A program made the translations under genes and the position numbers. Positions 28,757 through 37,452 of a stretch of 64,000 nt of DNA are shown here, one piece after another. Location of the stretch: positions 170,418 to 234,417 of the forward strand of contig CATKZB010000001.1 in the NCBI GenBank assembly GCA_949841595.1. Direction: 5' to 3'. The notes beneath the pieces are model-generated. The model saw only the letters and a program-made list of their open reading frames with translations, did not search any database and was not told where the DNA came from. Source of the DNA: an uncultured Christensenella sp. Its GTDB lineage: Bacteria > Bacillota > Clostridia > Christensenellales > UBA1242. Each line of letters opens with the position of its first letter. Positions within the stretch are counted from its first letter, which is position 1.

Positions 28757-29482
28757 TTATTGCAAATTTTCTGACACTGTGCAAAGTTCAAAGCCCTGTT
28801 GCTTTAGCGTTTTAATAATTCTATCCAAAGCATTTTTAGTTGCCTCTGTCGGATGCATCAAAACAAAATCTCCACCCTTGCAATTTTTGATGGCACGTGA
28901 ATAAATTACTTCACTGTCCTTATCTCTCCAATCTATAGTATCTCTTCCTTCTGTCCACATAATTGTCTTATAGCCAAGTTCGTTTGCCATTTCCACTGTC
29001 TTTTTGTTGTAAGAGCCACTTGGTGGTGCAAACAAATTCATGTCTATGCCCAAAATTTGTTTGACTAATTTGTGTGTGTTGACAATTTCTTCATAATTCT
29101 TGTCAGCTGTTAGTTTTCCTTGCTCTTTGTGATAATACCCATGATTTCCAATCTCATGGCCAGCTTTATAAATTTTTTCAAGCATGTCACTTTCTTTAAC
29201 AGCCCAAGTTCCACCCACAAAAAAGGTGGTTTTGACATCATTTTCTTCCAAAATCTGAAGCATGTCGTCCAAAAATTCAGTTCCCCAGTAAACATTTATC
29301 ATAAGAGAAACTTTTTTTGAATTTTCATTCCCACTGTAATACACACCATACACCATTTTTGAAGATGTCACAAAATTTATGCCATACATCGCCACACAAG
29401 ACACTGCAATAAGCATAATCGCAATAATTAAATTTGTTAAAACCCTGCGACCATTAATGGTCCATATATATGTCTTTTTCAT
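28757..29482 (-). CDS. Polysaccharide deacetylase (NodB homology), PdaB-like
   Basis: N-terminal TM anchor, then SLMINVYWGTEFLDDMLQIL...TFFVGGTWA...GHEIGNHGYYH, resembling B. subtilis PdaB. Start trimmed to ATG 29482. Confidence 0.75.
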   Translation of the reverse strand: MKKTYIWTINGRRVLTNLIIAIMLIAVSCVAMYGINFVTSSKMVYGVYYSGNENSKKVSLMINVYWGTEFLDDMLQILEENDVKTTFFVGGTWAVKESDMLEKIYKAGHEIGNHGYYHKEQGKLTADKNYEEIVNTHKLVKQILGIDMNLFAPPSGSYNKKTVEMANELGYKTIMWTEGRDTIDWRDKDSEVIYSRAIKNCKGGDFVLMHPTEATKNALDRIIKTLKQQGFELCTVSENLQ

Positions 29483-29553
29483 AGTATAAACTATGCTGGA
29501 CAAGCAGAAAAATTACTTCAAAAAGAAAAAATCATGTTCAATTTACATGATTT

Positions 29554-30360
29554 TTATTCTTCTTCACTTTCACCTGCCAAAAATTCATAATAATCATAGA
29601 TTAAATTATTTAAATCATTGACAAGATGTCTTATATTTTTAAATTTTTTTGAAGTGTAATTAAGTCCAATGACAAGTCCATTAATCACCATCAAATCTCT
29701 TTTTTCACAAGCTTGGAAAATTGAATTGACAATAAATTCAACATCATCCAAATTGTCTGTTCTCTTCTTCTCAAATTTCAAAATTGCCAAAATTTGGTTT
29801 CCAACTTTTACAACTTCATCCAAAAGTTCATTCAAGTGAGGAAATTGTTCTTCTTCCACCCTTTGCTCTTCTTCTTTTTGAAGAAGCCTTTCCGATTCAA
29901 TTTGTCTTTTTATATCATCAGCTGTGATGTTTGTGTCAAGTCCAAAGATTTTGCAAATTGTGTCTCTGTAAGGTTTGATTATCTTTTCCAAAAAGTTTTG
30001 TGTTGGAGTAAGTTTTTTGTCTTGAAAATATGTTTCCAAAAATTGATTTGCATTCAATTTTTCATTGATAATATCATTGAAAATTGTCACAGAAAGTGCA
30101 AGTTTTTTCTTGTCATCAGAAGGAATTGCCACCTTAATACTTCCCGTTTTTCTGTCTACAGAAAAAGCTTTGGCAAATTCTGTTTCTTCATCAAAATTTT
30201 CTAAACATTCACTCAAAAGATCAAGAATATCTTCACTTTGAGTCATCACGGAAAGAAACTTGTCCAATTTTTTGTTTATATCAAGAAATTTGCCTGTCAA
30301 AATATCATTGCAAGCAAGCACAAATTTTTCAACATCCAAAATATTCTTAACATCTACCAT
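29554..30360 (-). CDS. Hypothetical helical protein
   Basis: 268-aa ORF with an AGGAG SD. No motif recognised. Confidence 0.5.
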   Translation of the reverse strand: MVDVKNILDVEKFVLACNDILTGKFLDINKKLDKFLSVMTQSEDILDLLSECLENFDEETEFAKAFSVDRKTGSIKVAIPSDDKKKLALSVTIFNDIINEKLNANQFLETYFQDKKLTPTQNFLEKIIKPYRDTICKIFGLDTNITADDIKRQIESERLLQKEEEQRVEEEQFPHLNELLDEVVKVGNQILAILKFEKKRTDNLDDVEFIVNSIFQACEKRDLMVINGLVIGLNYTSKKFKNIRHLVNDLNNLIYDYYEFLAGESEEE

Positions 30361-30497
30361 TCTCCAATCTCCTACTTTAGTTCATTTTAGCATATATTTG
30401 AAAAAAAACAAATTAATTTACAAACAAGTTGAAAAAAATTGATTTTTTGCTATTTTAATGTTATTATCATATGTAATCAATGAAGTTTGGAGAAAAA

Positions 30498-31031
30498 ATG
30501 GAATACGATGCTGTCACAAATAAATTGATAATCATGTTTGTCATGGAAAAAATGGAAATGCCATTGACAGAAAACTCTATCATTGAAATTTGTTCCGTTA
30601 AAAATAATTGGGTCAATTATATGGATTGTCTTGACCTTCTCTATCAACTGTCAGAAGCCAAACTTGTCTACAAAACCGAGTGCAAAGAAGGAGAGATGAG
30701 ATATAACCTCACTTTTGAAGGCAGAGAGTGTTTGTCATATTTCTACACCCGAGTTCCTTCTGATATGCAAACAGAAATCACAGAATTCAGCAAAGCAAAC
30801 AGACTTTCCATCAAACAAAGCCAAGAATATTATGCAAATTACACAGATGCTGATGACGGATCTTACCTTGTAACAATGAGAATTTACGAAAGTTTGATAA
30901 CTTCACCTCTTTTTGAAATTCAAATCAAGGCACCAACCCGTCAAGCTGCTGAAGAAGCTTGCAAAAAATGGCGACAATCAGCTCCAAACATATATGAATA
31001 TATTTTTGAAAATCTTGTAAACACAGACTAA
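30498..31031 (+). CDS. DUF4364-like (PadR-like winged-helix) protein
   Basis: NKLIIMFVMEKMEMPLTENSIIEICSVKNNWVNYMDCLDLLYQLSEAKLV fits my recollection of the DUF4364 N-terminal pattern. The ATG at 30498 is preceded by GGAG. Confidence 0.5.
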   Translation: MEYDAVTNKLIIMFVMEKMEMPLTENSIIEICSVKNNWVNYMDCLDLLYQLSEAKLVYKTECKEGEMRYNLTFEGRECLSYFYTRVPSDMQTEITEFSKANRLSIKQSQEYYANYTDADDGSYLVTMRIYESLITSPLFEIQIKAPTRQAAEEACKKWRQSAPNIYEYIFENLVNTD

Positions 31032-31060
31032 ACTCACACAAACATGAGTTTAGTTTTTTT
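31028..31060 (+). terminator. Rho-independent terminator
   Basis: CTAAACTCA-cacaaaca-TGAGTTTAG followed by T7. Confidence 0.7.
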
Positions 31061-31103
31061 ATTAAATTCAAAACTTATAGCTATTTAATTTTAAAAAATC
31101 CTC

Positions 31104-31132
31104 TTTACTTTTAACTTTATGTTTGATATAAT
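31104..31132 (+). promoter_or_regulatory. Promoter candidate abutting the ABC ATPase ATG (leaderless candidate)
   Basis: TTTACT-17 nt-TGaTATAAT-gactcc-ATG(31139). No SD is present. Confidence 0.5.
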
Positions 31133-31138
31133 GACTCC

Positions 31139-32068
31139 ATGGAAAAGAAAATAATTTTAGAAGTCAACAATCTTTCCGTTTTGATAAAAGAACGCTTTCT
31201 TGTGAAAAATGTAAGTTTTTCAGTTGAAGAAGGCTCTTGTGTTGGAATTATTGGTGAAGATGAGTCTGGAAAAACAAGTCTTATTAAAGCTGTTAGTGCA
31301 GCACTTCCAATAAGCGATGGACAAGTTTATTATTGTGGTAAGGATGTTAAAGCAAAAGGTCTTGAAGCAGTCCGAGACATTGGACTTTGTCTTGACCCAC
31401 CAGTTTTTTTCAAATATCAAACTGTCATGGACAATATGCAATATCTTTCTATGCTCAGTGAAAAAAATGACAAAGAAAATATAATAAAAGTGTTAAACAA
31501 ATTTAATATTGCTCACAAAATGAAGAAAAAAGTTTTGTTTCTATCTTATTATGAAAAAAAACTTATGGCTCTCGCCCTGGCTTTTTTAACTGAACCAAAA
31601 CTTTTGATTTTGGACGAACCTTTCAAAAGCCTACCACCTGAAAGAGTGACTGAGATAAGAACTTTTATCGAAGAAATAAAAGCTAAAGGCACAACAATTA
31701 TTATTTCTTCAAGAAATTATGAAAGTGTTGAGGACCTTTGTGACAAATTCATCTTTATGGAAAACAAAAGCATCAAAGAAACTCTAACAAAAAAAGAATG
31801 TAACAAATATAGCAATTCAAACACCTATGCATTTATTAAGGTTAAATATCCACACTATTGTGGAGAACTGGTCATCAATAATTTCGGTTTAAAAGTGAAA
31901 GTGCTCAACAAAAGAATTTTGTTTGAAGCTGATGAAGACACTGTTGCTGACATTGTTAAGTTTTTAACTAGAAACAGAATTGCAATCTATAAAGCAGGCT
32001 ATTTAAGCAGAAAAACTGAAAAGATTTTTGCCAGTCTTGCCCCTTATTTCAAGGAGGAAGAGCAGTGA
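31139..32068 (+). CDS. ABC transporter ATP-binding protein (ABC-2/CcmA-like) with degenerate signature and H-loop
   Basis: Walker A GEDESGKTS and Walker B LLILDEP are present. The signature position reads LSYYEKK (vs LSGGxxQ) and the H-loop position reads SSRN (vs SSH). Confidence 0.75.
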   Translation: MEKKIILEVNNLSVLIKERFLVKNVSFSVEEGSCVGIIGEDESGKTSLIKAVSAALPISDGQVYYCGKDVKAKGLEAVRDIGLCLDPPVFFKYQTVMDNMQYLSMLSEKNDKENIIKVLNKFNIAHKMKKKVLFLSYYEKKLMALALAFLTEPKLLILDEPFKSLPPERVTEIRTFIEEIKAKGTTIIISSRNYESVEDLCDKFIFMENKSIKETLTKKECNKYSNSNTYAFIKVKYPHYCGELVINNFGLKVKVLNKRILFEADEDTVADIVKFLTRNRIAIYKAGYLSRKTEKIFASLAPYFKEEEQ

Positions 32069-33750
32069 GAAAAATTTTCCAGATAGCAAATTATGACTTT
32101 AAGCGTCTTGCACTCAACCCAATTGCTTTGATTGTTATGGCAGTGGTGTTGGGAGTTTGTTTAATTTTAGGTTTTGCCTACAAAATTGAACCAGCATTCC
32201 TTTACACTGCAACCATCTCTGGAGAAACAACTCAAGAAATTTATCAAAATTTCATGTCAAACAACTCAAATTTAGATTCTAAAATGAAATTGGACGGAAT
32301 TTTGGCTGAAGCAAAATATTATCTTGCAGTTCAAGATAGTGCTGAATGTCCAGAATTTGAGCAACTTGAAGATGTAAACAAACAATTTCAAAATATCTAT
32401 TTTGAAATTGAAAAATTTCACTCAACAGGGAGTTGCACCTACACAACAAACAACAATATCAACGCAATTAAAACAGCAGCATATGACTTGAACAATTTTC
32501 TAACAAATTACGATAAACTTGATGAATTTCAAAGCAGATTAATTTTCAAAACAAATCAGTTTGAAATATTAACAGAAATATCTAACTATTTCAATGCCCA
32601 AGTCAATTCAAATGCAAGCGTCACAAGAATTTTACAAGAATTATATAAAAATTTAAATAAAATAAACTCTTTAAAAGAAATTGTCAATGACGTTTTTACA
32701 TGGACAATTGACGATGAAATAATCTCAGAATTTCAGGAAAAATACATAAACAAAGCTCAAGCAAAACTCAACAAAATCACAGTTGAAATTCAACAAGTTG
32801 CAAAAAACAACACACAAGATCAAGACAAAATTGAATACATAACAAGTTTAATAACAAACTACAAGCTTATGTGTGAATCAGCAAAATATTCAATCAAATT
32901 TGAATTGCAACTTTTGCTTGAAACTTATCCAGTGACAACAAAGGATCTCTACAATTACACAGTCATTCCTGTTGAAGACACAAAACTTGAACTTGTTAAA
33001 ATGAATTTTTATCTTGACAAAGAAGATTTAAATTACACTCAATATCAAGCACCTTTAAATTTCAATAAGGCATCCTACAAGGTAACCACCTTTGATCATG
33101 CATATTTCATTATTAGCATTGTCGGCTTTTTGATAATCTTGTTTGGGATTTTCTGTGCATACAAACTGTTTGGTATTGACAGAAAAAATGGAAAAATCGA
33201 CTTGATTTTGTCTCAAAATGTCACCTTCAACCAAGTGTTTGCTGGAAAATTTTTGGCAATAGTCTATTCAACATCCTTCTTCTTGGCAATTTTTGCTGTT
33301 GCCAGCACAATTTTTGGTGCAATCTTCTATGCAATTCTGCCAAACAGCATCTTGGCAATTTTCAACTTGACAACAGCATACACAATTCATCCAATGCTTT
33401 TCCTGTTAATCAAAATTGCAGGCATTGAAATGCAAGTTATGTTCTATTCAGTTATAACCTTATTTTTGATGAATGTTTCCAGAAAATTTAATTTGTGGTT
33501 TGGAATTTCGCTTGGCTTGTTTGTCATTGCAACCATTTGCAATATTTTCCTAAACAATGCTTTATGGTATTGCTTATTCCCATTCATCCATGCAGATGTC
33601 ACCTCCTTCCTTGATGGTGGAACAATGCAAGCCGGCTTCTTAAAAACAGCACTTTACACTTCAGGAAGTTTCTTTATTTCAATTGTTTATTATCTTGTCG
33701 TTGTAGCACTTCTTTACAACTTGACAAAACAATTATTCAAGAAGAATTAA
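32065..33750 (+). CDS. ABC-2-type permease with a ~300-aa extracytoplasmic domain
   Basis: Overlaps the ATPase stop by 4 nt. One N-terminal TM, a large soluble region, then about 6 C-terminal TM helices. Confidence 0.6.
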   Translation: MRKIFQIANYDFKRLALNPIALIVMAVVLGVCLILGFAYKIEPAFLYTATISGETTQEIYQNFMSNNSNLDSKMKLDGILAEAKYYLAVQDSAECPEFEQLEDVNKQFQNIYFEIEKFHSTGSCTYTTNNNINAIKTAAYDLNNFLTNYDKLDEFQSRLIFKTNQFEILTEISNYFNAQVNSNASVTRILQELYKNLNKINSLKEIVNDVFTWTIDDEIISEFQEKYINKAQAKLNKITVEIQQVAKNNTQDQDKIEYITSLITNYKLMCESAKYSIKFELQLLLETYPVTTKDLYNYTVIPVEDTKLELVKMNFYLDKEDLNYTQYQAPLNFNKASYKVTTFDHAYFIISIVGFLIILFGIFCAYKLFGIDRKNGKIDLILSQNVTFNQVFAGKFLAIVYSTSFFLAIFAVASTIFGAIFYAILPNSILAIFNLTTAYTIHPMLFLLIKIAGIEMQVMFYSVITLFLMNVSRKFNLWFGISLGLFVIATICNIFLNNALWYCLFPFIHADVTSFLDGGTMQAGFLKTALYTSGSFFISIVYYLVVVALLYNLTKQLFKKN

Positions 33751-33764
33751 TATTGATTAAAAAG

Positions 33765-33797
33765 CTTTTAAATAAAAAAATTATTTAAAAGTTTTTT
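33765..33797 (+). terminator. Rho-independent terminator
   Basis: CTTTTAAATA-aaaaaat-TATTTAAAAG followed by T6. Confidence 0.6.
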
Positions 33798-33883
33798 ATT
33801 ATTTTCTTTATTTTTATTTTGAAATTTATAATATCTTTTGTTAGAATAAATTATATTTAAGATGTCAAGGAGAAAAATTTTAA

Positions 33884-34720
33884 ATGAACTACAAAATCGT
33901 TACTGAAGCTTCCGTTGATATGCCACAAACATTTGCAAAAGAAAATGATATATCAATTTTGCCTATTGAAGTGAATTTTAATGGAGAACTTTATCCTGAA
34001 GGCTTGCCTAATGATGAATTTTATGAAAAACTTAAAACTACGGGCATAATTCCAAAGACCAGCCAACCAAATCAATATAAATTTGAAACTGCTTACGGCC
34101 CATATGTAAACAAACCCGATTGGTTTGTTTTGACAATCGTAATCTCTTCAGATTTAGCTGGCACAATTGCACAAGCAAAAAATGCTGTTGAAAATTTAAA
34201 CATGAAAAATGTTTATATTTGTGACTCCCGTGTGACAACCTTTGCAGAAGGCGCTCTTATCATTGAAATTGTCAAGTATATAAAAGCTCATCCAAATGCA
34301 CAACCACAAGAAGTTATTGACGAACTTGAAAGACTGAAAAACAAAGTGAAGCTTCTTGCTGTTGTTGGTGACTTGAAATATCTTAAACAAGGTGGAAGGC
34401 TTTCAACTGCTGGATATATTGCAGCAACGGCTTTAAAAATCAGACCTATCATCAGTCTTGAAAATGGAAAAGTCAACAATGTTGCAAAGAAAGTTGGTGA
34501 AAAAGCCAATGAATTTATGGTTGAATATGCAAACAAAAGAGACAAAAATTATCCAATTTATTTTGGTCATTCTGCAAATCCAAAACTTATTGAAAATTTT
34601 ATAAACAAATATGCAACTCAACTTGGAGTCGACCCTAACAACACTGCTATTCATGAAATTGGTTGTGTTGTAGGCACACATGCCGGTCCAAATTGTTATG
34701 GTCTTGTTTATTTCGAATAA
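33884..34720 (+). CDS. DegV family fatty-acid-binding protein
   Basis: 278 aa with ...IVTEASVDMP..., ...TSQPN... and ...SSDLAGT..., the pattern typical of DegV. Confidence 0.8.
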   Translation: MNYKIVTEASVDMPQTFAKENDISILPIEVNFNGELYPEGLPNDEFYEKLKTTGIIPKTSQPNQYKFETAYGPYVNKPDWFVLTIVISSDLAGTIAQAKNAVENLNMKNVYICDSRVTTFAEGALIIEIVKYIKAHPNAQPQEVIDELERLKNKVKLLAVVGDLKYLKQGGRLSTAGYIAATALKIRPIISLENGKVNNVAKKVGEKANEFMVEYANKRDKNYPIYFGHSANPKLIENFINKYATQLGVDPNNTAIHEIGCVVGTHAGPNCYGLVYFE

Positions 34721-34752
34721 AAAAACACCAACAACTATGTTGGTGTTTTTAT
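34719..34752. terminator. Bidirectional terminator (DegV / minE)
   Basis: ACACCAACA-acta-TGTTGGTGT, flanked by an A-run and a T-run. Confidence 0.7.
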
Positions 34753-34753
34753 T

Positions 34754-34969
34754 TTAAAACAATCTGCTCCCAAAAGGTTTTATTCTACTTGCTGGAATTT
34801 CAACATTAAAAACAAAAGTGTCTCCTTCTCGTTTATATCTAACAACCAAATCATCAGAAAGCAAAAAGAAATTTCGTGCAATTGGCGTTATTTCTTCTTT
34901 TAAAATTTCAGCAACTTGTTCCAAATTTGTAAACTTATCTTTTATTATCAATTCATTTATTCTGTTCAC
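34754..34969 (-). CDS. minE: MinE-like topological specificity factor lacking the N-terminal membrane-targeting helix
   Basis: GTG start with AAGGAG 5 nt upstream, 9 nt after the minD stop. NRINELIIKDK resembles the (K)ERLxLILxxDR contact helix. DLVVRYKREGDTFVFNVEIP resembles the C-terminal beta-region. Confidence 0.6.
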   Translation of the reverse strand: MNRINELIIKDKFTNLEQVAEILKEEITPIARNFFLLSDDLVVRYKREGDTFVFNVEIPASRIKPFGSRLF

Positions 34970-34978
34970 AATCGCTCC

Positions 34979-35770
34979 TTAAATATATTTTTTGATATTT
35001 CGTTTGAAATAGCCCATGAGCCCACGATATTTGTAAGTGCAATCATAAATCTTTTTACATCCGTTATGTATGTTTTCTGATAACAGTGTAAAAGCTCTTG
35101 CACTTTCTCCATCGGTCATAATTCTTCCATCCGACGACATCTTCGACACCGTGTCATCTTCTGGAATTACGCCCAAAAGAGGTATATTCATAGCTTTAAC
35201 TATACTTTCGATATTCATCATTTCGCCAGAAAGAAGAAGATCTCCCCTCATTCTGTTGATAACAAGACCTTTACTTTCAATGTTATATTCACTTAAGAGT
35301 CCAACGACCTTATCTGCATCTCTGATGCTTGAAAGGTGTGGCGTGACAACAATCAAAGCTTCATTTGCAGGAAAAACTGCTCGATGAAAGCCCAACTCAA
35401 CTCCTGCAGGGCAATCAATCAAGATATAATCAAAAGAATGATCGATGATGTCGATGATGTTTTTTATATGTTCGCCTGTGATTCTGCTGGATGAATAAGT
35501 GTGAGATGAAGGCAAAAGATAAAGGGAAGGATAATTTGGATCTTGAATAAGAGCTTGTCTCACCCGACACTTCCCTGACACAACATCAGTTACATCAAAA
35601 ATGACCTGTCTTTCCAATCCCATGATAACATCAAGGTTGTTTAAACCAATATCAACATCCATCAAAACCACACGAAAGCCCAACCTTGAAAGATAGACTC
35701 CCAAATTTGCACAGACGGTTGTTTTTCCAACACCACCTTTGCCACTTGTTACAACAATTTTTCTTGCCAT
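34979..35770 (-). CDS. minD: Septum site-determining ATPase MinD
   Basis: Deviant Walker A SGKGGVGKTT, and a C-terminal amphipathic helix GLMGYFKRNIKK. Start trimmed to ATG 35770, which has an AGGAG SD. Confidence 0.9.
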   Translation of the reverse strand: MARKIVVTSGKGGVGKTTVCANLGVYLSRLGFRVVLMDVDIGLNNLDVIMGLERQVIFDVTDVVSGKCRVRQALIQDPNYPSLYLLPSSHTYSSSRITGEHIKNIIDIIDHSFDYILIDCPAGVELGFHRAVFPANEALIVVTPHLSSIRDADKVVGLLSEYNIESKGLVINRMRGDLLLSGEMMNIESIVKAMNIPLLGVIPEDDTVSKMSSDGRIMTDGESARAFTLLSENIHNGCKKIYDCTYKYRGLMGYFKRNIKKYI

Positions 35771-35861
35771 AAACATTCTCCTGCAATTATTATAAAATGG
35801 CAAAGAAACATTCTCAAAACAACAAAGATAGCATAATTTACGAAAAATGTCTGATATTGTA

Positions 35862-35887
35862 AAAACAAAAAAAGACCAAATGGTCTT
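35862..35887 (-). terminator. Terminator after the serine hydrolase gene
   Basis: AGACC-aaat-GGTCT, followed on the minus strand by TTTTTTTGTTTTT. Confidence 0.55.
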
Positions 35888-36429
35888 TAAATATATTTCA
35901 ACAATTCAGGAAAAGTTGTATATCCTGCTGCTTTGTTAAAATGTCCTGCCTCACCTATGCAAATTTGTTTTCCTTCAACTAAGTCAGCAAACTCTTTTAA
36001 TTTTTCAAACTTAACATATGGATCAGTTTTTGAATAATAGCAATATGTTTCTGTGGCATGAGACTTAAATTCCGAAAGTCTTGTTGTATACATAGTGCAA
36101 TTTACTTCATCAAAATCTTCATCAAGATTTAAATATTGATTAAATCCTGCAACAAACACAACTCTTTTCACTTTCAAATCATTTTTAATCAAATATTTTG
36201 CCAAAAACACACAAGAAATTGAATGGCAGAAAAACACACTGTCTTCATTAATAAATCTTTTGACTGAATTTAGAACCATCTCCCAATTATAATAATTCTG
36301 TTTGCCACAACCAATCGGGAAATCTAAATTGAAGACCTCTTTATTCCCCCCCCGTAAGGTTTTTTCCAGCCAAGGGAACCAATTTTCTTGGCTTGAACCG
36401 AAACTGCCATGAATGATGAAATAATTCAT
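35887..36429 (-). CDS. YdeN/RBBP9-type serine hydrolase (alpha/beta fold)
   Basis: IIHGSFGSSQENWFPWL, nucleophile region FFCHSISC, SKTDPYV, and GHFN. Contains a G8 tract (36346..36353). Confidence 0.7.
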   Translation of the reverse strand: MNYFIIHGSFGSSQENWFPWLEKTLRGGNKEVFNLDFPIGCGKQNYYNWEMVLNSVKRFINEDSVFFCHSISCVFLAKYLIKNDLKVKRVVFVAGFNQYLNLDEDFDEVNCTMYTTRLSEFKSHATETYCYYSKTDPYVKFEKLKEFADLVEGKQICIGEAGHFNKAAGYTTFPELLKYI

Positions 36430-36438
36430 ATTATTCTC

Positions 36439-37440
36439 CTATAATTTTTTCAAAATACTATCCAAAAGTTGTTGATCAGACAAAAGTTTTCCAGCACCCA
36501 AAATGGTCACATTTTCCAAATCTTCACTGATTTCAACAGGATAATTCAGATTTTTTCTTAAATATTCTTCCAACCCTTGCATTTTTGCACAACCACCAAC
36601 AATCAAAATTTTGTTGTTGATGATGTCAGCCACAACTTCTGGTGGAAGAGTGTTTATTGTGGTGTCAATTGCTCTGACAATTTCACTATAAAATGGCTCA
36701 ATAGCTTTTCTTAAATCGGCAGACAAGATAACCACTGACTTTGGAGACTTGGTTCGTGCATCCACCCCAGTAACTTCCATATTAAGGGTGTCGTTTGAAT
36801 ACAAGCTTCCCACTTCGTTTTTAAGAGTTTCTGCTGTAGGCAGTCCTATAACCAGTTCTTGTGTATAAGCCAAAAAGTTGACAATTGAAGCATCAATACT
36901 TTTTCCACCAACACCTAAGGTTGCACCTTTAAGGATGTTTGACATGTTTATAACAGCGATTTCTGTGCCAGTTCCACCTATGTCAACAATCATGTTAACT
37001 TTTGAACTATCAATATTTCTTCCTTCACCCACACAAGAGCAAAGCACTGAAGGAACAAGCTCAACATATCCCAAATTTGCACCTTCGCAAACACTTAATA
37101 TGTTCTCTTTTTCCCTTGCAGAAAGTCCACAAGGTACAATAAAAATTGCATTGTCCTCATGTTGTTTATATCCAACTTTGGTTAAAAAGTGCTTTAAGAG
37201 AATCACAGAATATTCATAATTTGAATGTTCTCCACTTGCCATAGGCGTGAAAATTTCCACATTATCTTTGGTTTTTCCAACCAATTTCTTTGCATCAATT
37301 CCCATAGCAATAACTTTATAGCCATCATCTGTTGGCTCTGCAGCAATCAAAGTTGGTTCTTTGAGTGCCAACCCCTCATCTTTGACATAAATGCAAGTGT
37401 AAGCTCCACCCATTTCAATCGCAAACTTAATTTTTTTCAT
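36439..37440 (-). CDS. mreB: Divergent MreB-family actin-like protein
   Basis: By-eye alignment to B. subtilis MreB along the whole length: IEMGGAYTCIYVKDEGLALKEPTLIA, MIVDIGGTGTEIAV, ILIVGGCAKMQGLEEYL. The phosphate-1 motif DLGTANT is changed to EMGGAYT. Confidence 0.75.
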   Translation of the reverse strand: MKKIKFAIEMGGAYTCIYVKDEGLALKEPTLIAAEPTDDGYKVIAMGIDAKKLVGKTKDNVEIFTPMASGEHSNYEYSVILLKHFLTKVGYKQHEDNAIFIVPCGLSAREKENILSVCEGANLGYVELVPSVLCSCVGEGRNIDSSKVNMIVDIGGTGTEIAVINMSNILKGATLGVGGKSIDASIVNFLAYTQELVIGLPTAETLKNEVGSLYSNDTLNMEVTGVDARTKSPKSVVILSADLRKAIEPFYSEIVRAIDTTINTLPPEVVADIINNKILIVGGCAKMQGLEEYLRKNLNYPVEISEDLENVTILGAGKLLSDQQLLDSILKKL

Positions 37441-37452
37441 AAGCATCCCCTT

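Noticed and set aside
29483-29553. SigK-like -10 (CATAgttTA) immediately upstream of the PdaB-like gene
   Set aside because: The element ends only 4 nt before the ATG, so the geometry does not fit. A single degenerate match is not enough evidence.
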